Of a DNA stretch of 64,000 nucleotides, positions 13,601 to 25,984 are shown in pieces. The notes beneath the pieces are model-generated. The model was not told the origin of the DNA and made no database searches. It was given only the letters and a program-made list of their open reading frames with translations. Made by a program: the position numbers and the translations under genes. Location: NCBI GenBank assembly GCA_977016875.1, contig CDRNST010000354.1, positions 1,116,001 to 1,180,000 on the forward strand. Direction: 5' to 3'. Positions within the stretch are counted from its first letter, which is position 1; each line of letters starts with the position of its first letter. Source of the stretch: Pavona decussata. Lineage: Eukaryota.

Positions 13601-14710
13601 CTGACTGCACACGAGGGACACCAAGGGATCGTGCGAACAAAGCAGATGGTCAGGGAGAAAGTGTGGTGGCCAGGCATTGTGCAGCAGGTGGAGACAATGG
13701 TTAAGGCGTGTCTATCTTGTCAGTCTGTTGCTGGCAAGTCACCGATGGAACCACTTCGACCCACAGAAATGCCTGACAAACCATGGCAGGAGGTACATAT
13801 AGACCTCTGTGGACCCTTTCCGTCTGGGGAAAGTTTATTAGTCTGTGAAGATGCATGTACGCGCTGGCCAGAGGTAGTCATCATATGTTCGACTACTTCT
13901 GCAACCATAATTGGACATCTTCGTAAGATATTCGCTGCACATGGTTTGCCAGAGAAAGTGGTGACTGACAATGGTGCCAATCTGGTGTTGGAGGAATTTA
14001 AGAATTTCCTAAAGATGCATGGTGTCCAGCATCGGAAAGTGACACCCTACTGGCCACAGGCCAATGCAGAAGTTGAACGATTCAACAGGACCATTGAAAA
14101 AGCAATCCGAACTGCACACGCGGAAGGCAAGGATTGGCGCACAGACATGTATACCTTCCTACTGAATTATCGTGCGACACCTCATGCGACTACCGGAGCG
14201 TCGCCAGCACTTCTACATCTGGGACGAGAGCTCAGAACCAAAGTACCACAAGTGGAGACAAAAATGTCTAGTGTTCTGTCAGCCGCGTTACAGTCTGCAA
14301 AGGTCAAGGACCGTCAAGCCAAGCAGCGCACAAAGGCTTATGCAGACAAGAAAAACCGAACACGTTCTTCAGACATCAAGTCGGGTGACAAAGTGCTGCT
14401 CCGACAGGCGAGGCAGAACAAGCTGTCGACGACGTACGACCCTAAACCCTACACTGTGCTAGAGCGTAAGGGTCCGAGTTTGATTCTGCAGCGCGAAGGA
14501 ACTGTATTCATGCGCAACACATCACATGCGCGTAAACTGCACCAGAACACTGCTGTTCCGGCAGAAGACGAGGATTACGACATGGACACTAGTACACATG
14601 ACCAACAGGCAGCTGTGGACCAACATGCTCCAGAGGCAGTAGATCCAGTTGTCCGGAGATCAAGTCGTGTGAGACATGCACCTGCGCGTCTCAATGATTT
14701 CCAATTGTGA
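10635..14710 (+). pseudogene. gag-pol: Gypsy gag-pol polyprotein (premature stop at 11193, frameshifts near 11300 and 12400)
   Basis: Zn knuckles CFCCGRPGH and CSHCGKQGHFAGVC, protease IDSGAS, RT KLDLRWGYHQ...ISDDII, RNase H VDASPVGLGA...TDHKPL, integrase HEGH...CLSC and IDLCGP...TDNG...EVERFN. Confidence 0.95.
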
Positions 14711-14866
14711 ACCGACCATTTACAAGTCCTAGTGACATATATATAGCTTGGAGTTTACGTTTACGAGTCCTAGAGACATAGAACTGAAAGTTTTGTTGGT
14801 TTCGCTATTAGCCAGAAAATAGCCTTATGATTCACAGCTGATTTTCAAATCTAATCAAGGGAGGGA

Positions 14867-15047
14867 TTTAGTGTTTGTGCGAACAGTAACATGATATTGA
14901 CAATGACGTAAGCGACATGATTGAAAGTACAGGATTGATGTGTATATAGTTTTGGGTGTGTGTGAAATAAAGCAGTTGCAATGCGAATCAAATGGGCCTG
15001 GTTCATTACTTTACAGTACTGCTAGTGTTTGCTACATGAACACTAAA
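14867..15047 (+). repeat. Gypsy 3' LTR
   Basis: Direct repeat of 10424-10604, preceded by the PPT and followed by the TSD. Confidence 0.95.
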
Positions 15048-16511
15048 GGCGGGTCACCGAGAATGTATTTGGGATTTACCAAAGCAGATTCCAGGTATTT
15101 TCCACTACATTATGTATGAGACCTGAAAGTGTGAATAAAGTTGTTATGGCAACAATAGCCCTTCACAATTACTTAAGATCGAAGGCCGAAGGGAGATACA
15201 TCCTTCCTGATTCAATTGACCGAGTAGACTGCAATGGAGTTGTAAATGAAGGGTCATCGAGGCGAGAAGTTTCTGGGGGCAAAGTGAAAAGTGTGCCAAA
15301 TTCACAAAAAGGACGACAATCCCAAAGGGCAGAAGGAATGAGGGACAAACTGTGCCTCTATTTCAATGGACCAGGTCAAATCCCCTGGCAGTGGAATGTA
15401 ATATTGCGTTAGGTCTAGAATATTACCTGCAGATCACCCTTTTCAAACGCCAAAGTCATAATTTGAACTGCTTACATTTTTTTTTAGTAACATCCAAAGT
15501 ATTCTAAAAACTTCTGAAGATATATTCCAAAGAAATGTGAAGATAGTTTGCAGTCCCAACTACACGAAAAAAATCAATTGGAGTTTAACTCCCTTGAAAT
15601 CCAGAGTATTGTTATGACAAATTAGGCAGCAATTACATGATTTAGCATGTATGCACATGCATGGAATAAACTATAGCTCAAATTGTTATTCAAGTAATAA
15701 TTGCTCCAGGATATTGAAAATATGTGTTTATAGAACTGCAGACAACTGGGAGTTGGCGTGTTATAATCTTGACTATTCAAATGACATTTCTTACAACAAT
15801 TGTTTCAAGCAGTAAAAATATTTTTAATTTAAAATTACCATGATCACAGTAATATCTGACTGTACAGTTTATGTACATTTTGTACAGATTTGAGTAATTT
15901 ATAAATTTCTGTAACTCTGAATATTATTTATTAAGTACATATACTTTAAATAATGTATAAAAATTTAATTAATTACATATGAACATTTGTTTTTGATGTT
16001 TAGAATTAATATTAAATATTACATGGTCACTCATTATGTCTACAAGAATGTTGCATTAAATTTGTTGACAAAAATGTAAATGATTCAGATATAAATTGTC
16101 AACATTATATATTAAACTTTGCAAAATAATTTAAATGTCTCACATCACTGATGCATGCAGTGGAAGGGAACAGGCCTAGAGGGGCTGGAACATGGGAGTA
16201 AAGACCAGAGGCTGAAAGAAATGCAGGAAAATTGGAGGGCAGGAAGACAATTATGTGCATAAAAATTGATAGTTTGGCAGAAACCAGTTAGAGAAAGAGG
16301 AAATATTTACAATATTTTTCATATTATAAAATAGGAAAAGCTCAAACATAGGTGGGAGGCAACAAAAGACAAGGGGTGGGAGGGGACCATGAGTACAAAA
16401 CAAAATTAATAAAAGTCCATAATTATTACTTTCAAACCCAAACCCCTGCCATCATTAATATACATGAGTATACCCCTCCCAGGAATTTATTTCTCCTGTC
16501 TCTCCCCACCC

Positions 16512-16710
16512 CAGGGGTGGTACTCCTCTATTTAAGCTATATAGGTATGTGCCGCCCCAAAGTCTATGATTTGGGGTCGTTTTGGTCTGAAAATTAGTAT
16601 AGATTTTACAGGCAAGGTCTGAAAATTAGTATAGATTTTACAGGCAAGGTCTGAAAATGGGTGTGGAGAATGACATGTTTTGGTCTGAAATAGGCCAAGT
16701 ACCCCCCTGG
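16512..16710. repeat. Short interspersed inverted-end repeat with a 32-bp tandem duplication
   Basis: CCAGGGGTGGTACT...AGTACCCCCCTGG ends; GGTCTGAAAATTAGTATAGATTTTACAGGCAA occurs twice at about 16584-16647. Confidence 0.55.
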
Positions 16711-18155
16711 ACTGGCCCACTCCCCACCATGCATAGTTTTTTATAGCAGAGTATTCTGCAAATCATACAAAGGTTGCCTTGCATGTGCTGCTGCTGGTAA
16801 CATCACCTTTACAATCGCTTGCTCGATTTCCAGCTTCAACATCTCCTTCTGGTACCTATCCGGGATTTTTTAAAGTTGATTGCATATGTTCTGCGAAAAG
16901 ACACTATCGACATCAGATGCATCATGTTTTGGCTTTTTTAGCTCTACAAGACAGGTTGTCAGGAGCTCATCCTCCAAAGATGTTCCAGATCTCTTCTTTT
17001 TCATTTTGCCAGGAGTGTTTTCCACAGGAAAGATAATTTTTTCTGGGGTAAGTTGAGATGAAATGTTAAGTTGGGTAAGTTGGGTAAGTTGAGATGAAAA
17101 ACCAGGCTGACTGCCGACTTCTGCATCATCTTCACTGGCTTCTTGTTGGCCCTGCATGTTGCTTACAGTCTTTCTTGGCATGATGTTGTCCCTCAAGAAA
17201 TGCATACTTGTAAAGTATGGCCATGTTGGGGTGTACACTTCACTGCTTCCTGAACCACTTGTCTTACTGTTCCTCTCTTTTCCTACTTCTTTTCCGTAAT
17301 AGGTTCGGAGGAAACTCATTTCCTTTTGAATCTCATCACATGTTAAACCTGGGAAATGTTAATGTACGTGAGATTAAGATTAATTATAATTATGAGAAAC
17401 CTATAATCCAAACCAAGCAAAAGTGTCATGAATTGTAACAGATGCTATAATGTTATACTGGACTTGGTTTTCTGAGGAAAGGGGAACAAGGAACGAACAA
17501 TGAGCCGTTTATACAAGAAATTGACCCATTTTATATGAGCGCGGCAAAATACGACGAGAACCTCTCGTAAAAAAAATGGTTCGTGTCTTATTTTTGACTA
17601 ATTATTCCATGTTTTTTATGCTTTCATTTAAATTATAACCCATTCCTATGTTTTTTTTCCTGTTGCATTGTTAAATATCATTAGAATTGACAACCTAAAT
17701 CATTTTTAAGAGCCCATCGGAGAATTGTATTCAAAATGACAAATTTTACATTCGCATTCTCCTTTATTACTTTTTCTAACAGCAAGTGAAACCCTTCAAA
17801 ATCTCCTTTCTTGATTAGAAAATGTTTCCAATTTTCGTAAACTGTCAAACTTTGTCCAATTCCTTCAACTGTACACGCTTGAATGAACTGAAAACGTTGC
17901 TCATCTGAAGCTTGCAAAATACTCCACAGCAAGGCTGTTTTGCTATTTTAATCGCATTTAGGTATACAAAAGTAGCAGAAATGCCCCTAAAAGGTTGAAA
18001 AGGAAATAACTAATGCTGAAGCGAACTTGCCTAGCAAAACTGATGTCCGAAATGGGATGCAAGGAACCATGAAGCGTCTGCATCATGTTGAGTTCTTGGT
18101 GGCCGGGCTACGAGTACGGTAAAGTAACACTTCTTGCTATTCATATTTCTATTAA

Positions 18156-19134
18156 CCCATAACGCACTGTGCCGGCCAAAACCGGCCATGATTTCGGGCT
18201 CATCTGCACGCACTACACGATTTGAGCCTACCACCCCTAGAAGGGAATTTTTCGTCCCCTATTGTTCTCATTGTCTTCAGAAAGGACTGACCAATCAGAA
18301 TCCACTTACTGCGCATATATTTTTAGGTCTTAGGGGGGCCCAGACGAAAGAGCTTTTTGTCTTTAAAAGCGGTGTCCAATTTCAATATTTTTTCCCTCGT
18401 GGGCCGCGCGGCTAAATTTTTAGTCGCCGATTTTCGCGTTTTCGGAAGGAAAACACATCTTTTCGAAATGGTAAATAGAAAGAAGAACTGCTAAGGAATA
18501 CTCGACAGTTTCGACAGCGAAAATCCGAGAAATAACGGCGAAGAAATTGCGCTTCGAGTACGAATTGTTGTTTTATCCAGGCGACGAGACTGTACTCTGA
18601 ACAGTTTTTACGAAATATTTCAAAAACGTGCTCCGCACGGGTCGATAAATGCGCTTCGAATTGGAGTTGTTGTTCCTTCAAATCGCTTGCGCGTCGCTCG
18701 TCTCGCATTTATAATTATACCCGTTTCTTTCTAAAGCGTAAACAAAGACTTTTCTGAATAAATTTTTCATTTAGGAAAGCTTCCTGTGTGTTTTTCTTTC
18801 TATTTTCATTGAGAAAATGTGACAACTGTGTAATCTTGTGTAAGCAAATACATGCTCTCGAGACAGATCAGATTTCATCCATGTGACACGCAGATCAAAT
18901 TTCATCGAAATTTCGGAAATTTTTACCTTCAAGTTCGTTTTTTGGAAAATTTTGAATTGGCAACAGGTGTATTTTATTCCATAATTAGTACTTTTAACTA
19001 TCTTAGACTAAAGGGGTGTTGTTTTTTTTGCCCTGTAAGTTATGTATTTTTACTGCACATGGGGTAGGAAATAACCACTTTGCCAATTTTGCTGAGTTTT
19101 GAAAAAGCTCTGGAAAGGGCTGGTGCGTAATGGG
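18156..19134. mobile_element. Non-autonomous piggyBac-type element
   Basis: TTAA on both sides (18152-18155 and 19135-19138); TIR CCCATAACGCAC versus reverse complement CCCATTACGCAC; no transposase. Confidence 0.85.
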
Positions 19135-20380
19135 TTAATCAACTGCTTCAGTGTTTGGTTGGACTGATTTTTTTGTATCAGTCGCTGTTCTCTGTCATTG
19201 CCACGCGCACGACTAGGGGAGTAATTTCTTTTGGAAAGTGATCAGTTTTCAGACCGAGTTGTTTAGCTTTCAGCTGTTTTCCTTGACTTCCTAGCACGCA
19301 TATAGTTCATACTTTTTTTGGTAAACATTTCAAACCATTAGAACGGACACAGTATTTTTCACGTAGAAGAGTTTTGTCCAGGCCATGCACTTAAAACTTC
19401 TTTTTTAAGACGTGAAACCCTCTGTTCCCGGCTAAGATAGTCGGTGGCTTAAAATTTGCAGTTTTTAATAAGCTGCAGACTAAAAAAGCCGCAGATTATT
19501 AAGCCATGAATGGTAAAAATGCACCGATTATATGGGTCATTTTACCACTTACTGTAATGTTTTTGTTTATTCTCACCTGGTTTATCCAAGGCCAACAAAA
19601 GTCGCTGGATGGCATTCTGCCTTGGATCGGATTTAAGGTATCTGCACCGGCAAATTTTGCACATTTTAGGTGATACACTGACATCCAATGTAGGAGTATT
19701 ATCTACATGTTCGACAATAAAATTGTTCTTTGGTCCATAAGGAACAAAACTAGCGAAAAAATTGTAAGGCTTCGTCACTCTAAAGGTGATATTTTAATTA
19801 CGCCCTGGGGGTGGCATGGAAAGAGAAGAATTCAAATCTCACAAAAATCACAACAGTTTGTGGGGAAAATGAAATGCAACACAAACAGGGACGTAAAAAG
19901 CAACAATCCTGTGTTTGACCAAGACACAGGTCCGAGAAATACGCCCTCTAGAGGGCAATTTGTTGTGTTGTTGGTAACTCAGCCGTATGGTAATTTCATT
20001 CTTTGGTCAAACACAGATCTGCTCATCAACATGCCCTTGGTGTATTTGCCAAATATCGCGAAGAAATATTCAACCATTTTCCCAAAAATTGGATTCCTGT
20101 AAATGAGGGTGAATTACCCACATGCTCAAAACTGATATTTCAGTGTTAAACAGTCAATTTTCGTCTCAAAATCACCTGTTCTTCATCGATACAGTCGCTA
20201 CGAACTTCTTTCCCGCCATTTTGAAACACCGCTGTTTAAAATGGCCGCAGAAACATAAAGAAATGCAAAATAACCTCTCTATACCCCGCTTGGGTTTTGT
20301 TTTATCACTCCGTTGCTAGGTGTGACGTAGTTCCGTTAGATGCGTTACACACCGCGCCTGCGTAGTGGATTGTGTTCAAC

Positions 20381-23300
20381 ATGGCGTCCAGTAAGAAGAA
20401 GAAGAAGAAGATTAGGAAAGTAAAATGGAAGAAAATTGCGTCTTTGAAGGGCCAAAAATCGGCAGAAAAGCGAAGTAAAGGAGCTGGTTCAAGGAAAAGT
20501 TTCAGTCTGCCACCAAAATGGTCGGAAGAACATACTGAAAAAGACGGGAAGACACGACTAAAATTTGTCAGCCCCGGCAAGTCAGAATACAGCTCAGAAA
20601 AAGCAGTGGCACAAACCTTCGCTGCAAGAAATTTGGAGGCTTGCTTTAATGTCTCCTCAGCCTCGAGTGAACACTCTGAATCAGAGGGTTCGGAATTTTT
20701 TCCCGAGATGGAGCTCAGCGATAATGAAAAAGCGGGCTGTTCCAAAAGTAGTAAAGCGGAAAGCAATGAGGATTCATCAGCTGAGCCTCAACCCAAGAAG
20801 TGCAAGACGGACATAGAGCGGTGGTTTTTTGTTAGCAAATCTACACAGTTGTTGGATTTCGTTGAGCAAGTCAACAGGACCAGCTGTTGCTCAACACCTG
20901 ATTGCAGAGGTAAGATTTCCATTCCCAATTTGCTTTCACTTTCACCAGAAAATTGAGATTAATTTTGTTGTTTGGCTTTTGATGATCATTTATATGATCA
21001 ATTAATTTCTAGTTCTAGGTCTTCTAGTGCATGTAACGCCCTCAGTATTTTTCAGTAGAATTCTTAGGAGTGAAGCTTTAGTTTACAAATCATATTTTTG
21101 TCAGAACAGCCGTTCTCTGGAATTTTTCGACATTAAATTCTCTTACAAACACTGTAATTTTTCACGCATTTGCCTACTCGTCAAGATGGCGTTGAAAACC
21201 TTGACAAGGTCTATGAGATGTGGGTTTCAACTCGTAGCCATTCCTTTTTTCAAAAGTGTGTATTGTCACAACAACCTGATCAAGCACAAGCCCATTCTCA
21301 AAATATATAAAAATATATGAAATATATATACATATTTTTGGCAGTAGTAATATTTTCTTTACTTTCATTTCCAGGTATTCTTGTGGTCTCCAAAGTGGAA
21401 CCCACAGACCTGGGAGGTAGCCTTAATCTTTGGTTTATGTGTAGTGGCTGTGAGAAAAGGTCATTGATGTTTCAAGGATCTGCTTTTGTGGAGGGGTCAA
21501 AACGAACGGTGGTTGGACTTGCTTTAGCACTAGCTTTTTTCTTGTCTGGTCATGGCTTTGCGAACTTCAATAGAACTTTAAGACAGTATTTAGGGATTTC
21601 ATGCATAACAAAGAACAGATATTATGATGTTATTAAACTGGCATACCCGCACTTAAAGGATATTCTTGATGAGATGTGCGAAGAAGAAAAAAAAAACATG
21701 CAAGAACTATCACAAGATGAACTGGGTAGCTGGACATGAGCTGTCGGTACTTCTGATGGAGTGTGGCACACTTGTGGACATTTTAGTAAAAATGGTTCTT
21801 TTATTGTTAAGAATTATTTAACTAGTGGATTACTCTGGTATGGGCACAAGTGCGTGCGGGGGAAGGATGATGTTGTCGAGGAGGAGTTGTATGAGGGCAC
21901 AGCAAAGTCAATGGAGGGTGTGCTAGCAGATGAATGTTATGAGCAGGCAAAGAATGAGCGGTGCAAGGTTGAGGTTGTGTGGCAGTATGGGGATTCAAGT
22001 GCAGCCAAGTCCATCAGTCTGCATCATCCTGCTGGCAAGGTATATAAATGTGGAGGACATGTGGGGAGAGCTCATAGTAATAACTTGAGAGAGGCTGCTA
22101 AGAAGAAGGAGTTTTCAGAGGATATGAAATCCAAATACAAAGCAAAATTTCCTGAAATTGAAACTGCAAAGTGCAAATGCAAACGACACAGGGCTGGTTG
22201 TGGCTGCATATCTGATTCATTTACCAAAGGTGCCCGTATAAACCATTTTTGTTGCCTGCAACAGTGTACTAATCCAGGGTCCTCTCAAAGTACCATGTGC
22301 GGGACATCCATGACTGGGACGAAGGTGGCTCCTGTAACTTTCATCCAGCAAGAACTTGCAGTTGCAAGAAATGTGAAGAAGATCAAGTTAAATGCACTGG
22401 GGAGCCATACAAGACCAAAACACCACTCAAGTGTGATTTTCATTGGCTTGCATACAAGCAGACGAGGCTGAGAGTGTTATTCATCCTGAAATGGGTCGAG
22501 GCCATTCGAACCTCTGCGAGGCATGCTTCACAGTTCTTCCCCAGTTCCGGTCTAAAAGCCAGAGCCTCTGCAGGTATGGTTGCATGCTCCAACTCTTGTA
22601 GATATTATCTTGTCTGGTCAGCCATCTTAAAATTGGCCTTTCTCTTATAATTTGTTTTATTTACCACCTAAATGCACTGTACATCACCCAGGATTGTATC
22701 ATGGCTTATGACTGAAAGTAAAACAAATCAGTGTATACCTGTTATTTTCTTTAATTCATCCATTAGTAGCCAAACTCTAAGGGAAACTAAATTGATAATA
22801 GACTGTTGTCTAAAATGTATTTGTAGAAAGTGTCTGTGTTTCTTTGGATGAACTACATGGAAATCTAGGTACCCAGCGTGGAAAATGTTATTTTGGTTTG
22901 CTGGTCTGGGTTTTTAGGACTATGGACATGTTTTGTTAACTTTGTTTTCTTGCTATTTTCATCCAAGGTTGCACTACATGGCATCAACTAATGCTGGTCT
23001 ATGCCAAGGCAACATGACATGGTGCTTTAAAGTCAGAGGCAACAACTACCACTGGGTCATAGACCTTTACCAAAGGCTGAACCTTCCAGTAATTCCAGCA
23101 GCGGTTGAAGCACTCGTCAAATGTGTACAGGATTGTGCGGCTGAATTGAATAAACAACAAACAGAAGCAAGGAAGCAACAGCGAATAAGAATGAAAGTAG
23201 CCAGAACAGAAGATCAGGAGGCGAGGAAAAAGTGGGTGAAACAGCAGGCAGTTAGACACACTTATGGAGGAGACTCAGAGGATGAAGGAGATGATGATGG

Positions 23301-23445
23301 CCAGCTAGTTTCAGACGTGAATGAAATACTTGGAAACGAAGATGATCTGTTAGTTGTGAGTGGAAGAAAGTGTCGTTGTGGATTGACCCGTCACCAGCGG
23401 ACATCACATAAAGATTGCCTTTTAAACAAGAAACCTAAAAAGTGA
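20381..23445 (+). pseudogene. DDE transposase (PF20700-like/Kolobok group) with an N-terminal MBD-like domain; introns 20910-21374 and 22574-22967
   Basis: LGGSLNLWFMCSGC, SDGVWHTCGHFSKNG, YEGTAKSMEG, QYGDSS, YKCGGHVGR, HSNLCEACF and C-terminal CRCGLTRHQRTSHKDC; canonical splice sites; stop at 21737 and frameshifts. Confidence 0.75.
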
Positions 23446-23504
23446 CCGTTGCTATAGTCTATGACAACTGGTTTAGTTTCGAAGATAGTAAGCTCCTATT
23501 AGAC

Positions 23505-23826
23505 CGGGAGGGGGGTGGGGAGGTACTTGGGTTAATGTTTGGTCGGTATGTGCTGCTGGGTTCCCAGAGCCCCTACCCCATTATAGTGTACTCTCTGGCC
23601 AATTATTGACCCCATTTTAGACACTTTTGAGCAGATATGTAATTTTTGCAATCATATCTTAGTCATTTTCCATGTGCCTACTTTATATTGAAAGAAAACA
23701 GTTCACTTTTCACCTACAGCACAAACATTCCAGTATGTTTGTTCACCATAAATAATTATGCAACCCCATCCAGCGGCACATACCCATTAGCCTCTTATAA
23801 ATTAATATCACCCCCCTTCCCCCGGG
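23505..23826. repeat. Interspersed repeat with CCGGG...CCCGG, G/C-run termini
   Basis: Inverted G-rich and C-rich ends around an AT-rich core; same style as 16512-16710. Confidence 0.45.
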
Positions 23827-25305
23827 GCTATTGAATGAGGCTATTTATGATCTGAAGAATTATTCAGTTTGAGGATTGCCAAGGTGGATATCACCCTCCC
23901 AGATCTGCATAATAATATTCTTCAGGTCAAAGAGAGCCAAATCCAATATCCCCTTCCATGGCAAATACAGGATGAGAGGCATATTTAGTCTAGCAGATAT
24001 TTTTTGAATAGCAGTTGGCATCCATTGTTACTTTTCTTTTTTTGCCACAAGTTCAGGTATTCATTTGGCTTATTCGTCTTGACAAAACCTTTGCAATTTT
24101 TTCGCCATTTTCTCCAGTTCTAACAAAGCACTTGTGCAATCACAGCTTCTATCATCCCTTTTTTCTGAACAAATATACATCTTTCCAAGTTTGCTGGTTA
24201 TGAAGAGTTAGCCAGGTGATTTTAGCCAATCATCAATGGTAAAATATTTTTCTGTAAATAGTATTATTTCACATGATGTAAATACTTGGTTTAGCACTTG
24301 GTGTCCTAATTTGGTTTTCTGAGAAGAGTTTTGGTCTCGATGAGACACAATCATCAAACTAACTTTGATAGTCAAAGTCGCAAGCTGTTTTTGCACCCAC
24401 TGTCAAAGAGATCAATTTTTCAGGGGCGGGGAGGGAGCAGACATAAATCTCACCATTTCAAGAATTTGAAAATTGATTATTCATAAATGACATTAGAGAG
24501 ATGAAACAGAGTTGAAGAGTGCTTGGCTATAATATTAAGAACTTTGGACATTGAAATTTTCTGACTTATGCTCAGGGTCTGCATAAGAAAGTCTTTAGTT
24601 CCAATTACTGTAGTAGACAGTATAAGTATGACTTTTACAAGCTAATGTTGTCATTAAGATGTATTTGTTGTGTTTCAAATATATTCTTTGTTGTTATGCT
24701 CTTTTACTTTTTCCTTGGGCATGGCAAGGTCACTATGATATATGAGGTTGAAACAAAAAAAAAATTAAACCAAGGGTAAAACCAAGCCACAAAATTTCAG
24801 TAGCTTTGCAGCCATAACAAAAATCCTTATTATTATTTTCAAACACAACAAAAATGCTCTGGCGGCAGAAAATGTGTGTGCATAGGCCTTGATTTCAAAT
24901 GTTCCTTTGAAAGAAGCATAGGATAACAGCAACACACGATGGCTTTATGATAAAATACTTCTTTAATTCACACAGTCTAAATTATAAAGATGACAAAAAT
25001 TAATTCTTCTTATTCTTTTTTTCCTTTTTTACTGCTGGCCACTTTGTGTCTACCAGGTCTTGCAATGTGACGCGATATACCTAAAAACCCACAGAAGTCA
25101 TCAACAATCAAACATATTACAGCCACAGCCTCGTAACATACGTTTTCCCGAATTTTCAGCGTTTGAAGGTTTAGAGGAGAAATGTTTCTCTTGATTGAAC
25201 AGCAGTCAAACCATTGGAACATTGAATGAGCTCATAAGCAGAATGAACATCGAGGGATTGGTCTTGCCTTTTCATAGTCATTGAAACCATATAAAATCAG
25301 AGGTA

Positions 25306-25984
25306 TTAACTTACATGGGGACCAACTGGATCCTCGTGGTCGCAGACATCCTCTTGTATGATGGCACGCACTACTTTCTTCACACATTCTGGGAAGACAA
25401 AGGTGGGTTGACTTCCAGTAAACTGACCTCGGCCAATTTTGCATCCATGCTGAAGAAGGAAATGAAAAATTCATCTAAGACAACAACATCAACAAAAATG
25501 TTTTCAATATATAAGCGAAAGATTTGCATTTGCTCGAGAGATACAACTAAGTAGAACACGAAGCACTTATTTAGCTTAGTTCAATGGATGAGCATGCGAT
25601 AATTTCCCACAAGAGTATGTTGGGCAACCACCACGTAAAGATAGAGAAACGTTTGGGACATTTTGTTACTATCGAGAACTTAAAATCAAATTATCTACAA
25701 GTCACTTACCCACATAATTCCGTATAGTCTAGAGTAGATGTGATGCTGCATCCTTTCAGGCGTTTCTCCAGGCTTTCTCGCTGCCGTGCGAAGGAAGTTT
25801 GCGAGATCTTCGGGTGTTTTCCCAAATCTAAACAAATAATCAAAGGAAAACGCTAAAGGGCCTTCTGAAAAATATTACTTTCAAAAAAACTCAAAATAAA
25901 AAGAGAAAATACCTACCCGTTTCGCTCGAATTCGGCATTAAAATTGAGGAAAGCAGCCTCGCAGTTCACAGAACTGGCAGCCAT
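25306..25984 (-). CDS. Small three-exon accessory protein (KolX/P2X7-ballast-like), absent from the ORF track
   Basis: Exons 25984-25917, 25827-25710 and 25449-25315 with GT-AG sites splice in frame to MAASSVNCEAAF...RMQHHIYSRLYGIMWHGCKIGRGQFTGSQPTFVFPECVKKVVRAIIQEDVCDHEDPVGPH. Confidence 0.55.

Larger units (their letters stand above)
10424..15047 (+). mobile_element. Full-length Ty3/Gypsy LTR retrotransposon (Mag/K02A2.6-like)
   Basis: 181-bp LTRs, GGCGG TSD (10419-10423 and 15048-15052), PBS, PPT AAGGGAGGGA (14857-14866), domain order gag-PR-RT-RH-IN. Confidence 0.96.
8075..15412 (+). pseudogene. Harbinger DDE nuclease (HARBI1-like, DDE_Tnp_4) with an intron at 8264-9717, split by a Gypsy insertion
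   Basis: YRRYLRMDAATF | ELLQKVSPLI...FLATGESF, GAADGKHI, FYNFKGFNSIVLMAVVDADYKF, GDDAFPL. SRGRR|VTENVFGI rejoins across the LTR element. Several premature stops. Confidence 0.92.

Noticed and set aside
17681-17932. 83-aa minus-strand ORF within the Harbinger intron
   Set aside because: It looks protein-like but I cannot assign a family; probably a decayed part of a nested element.
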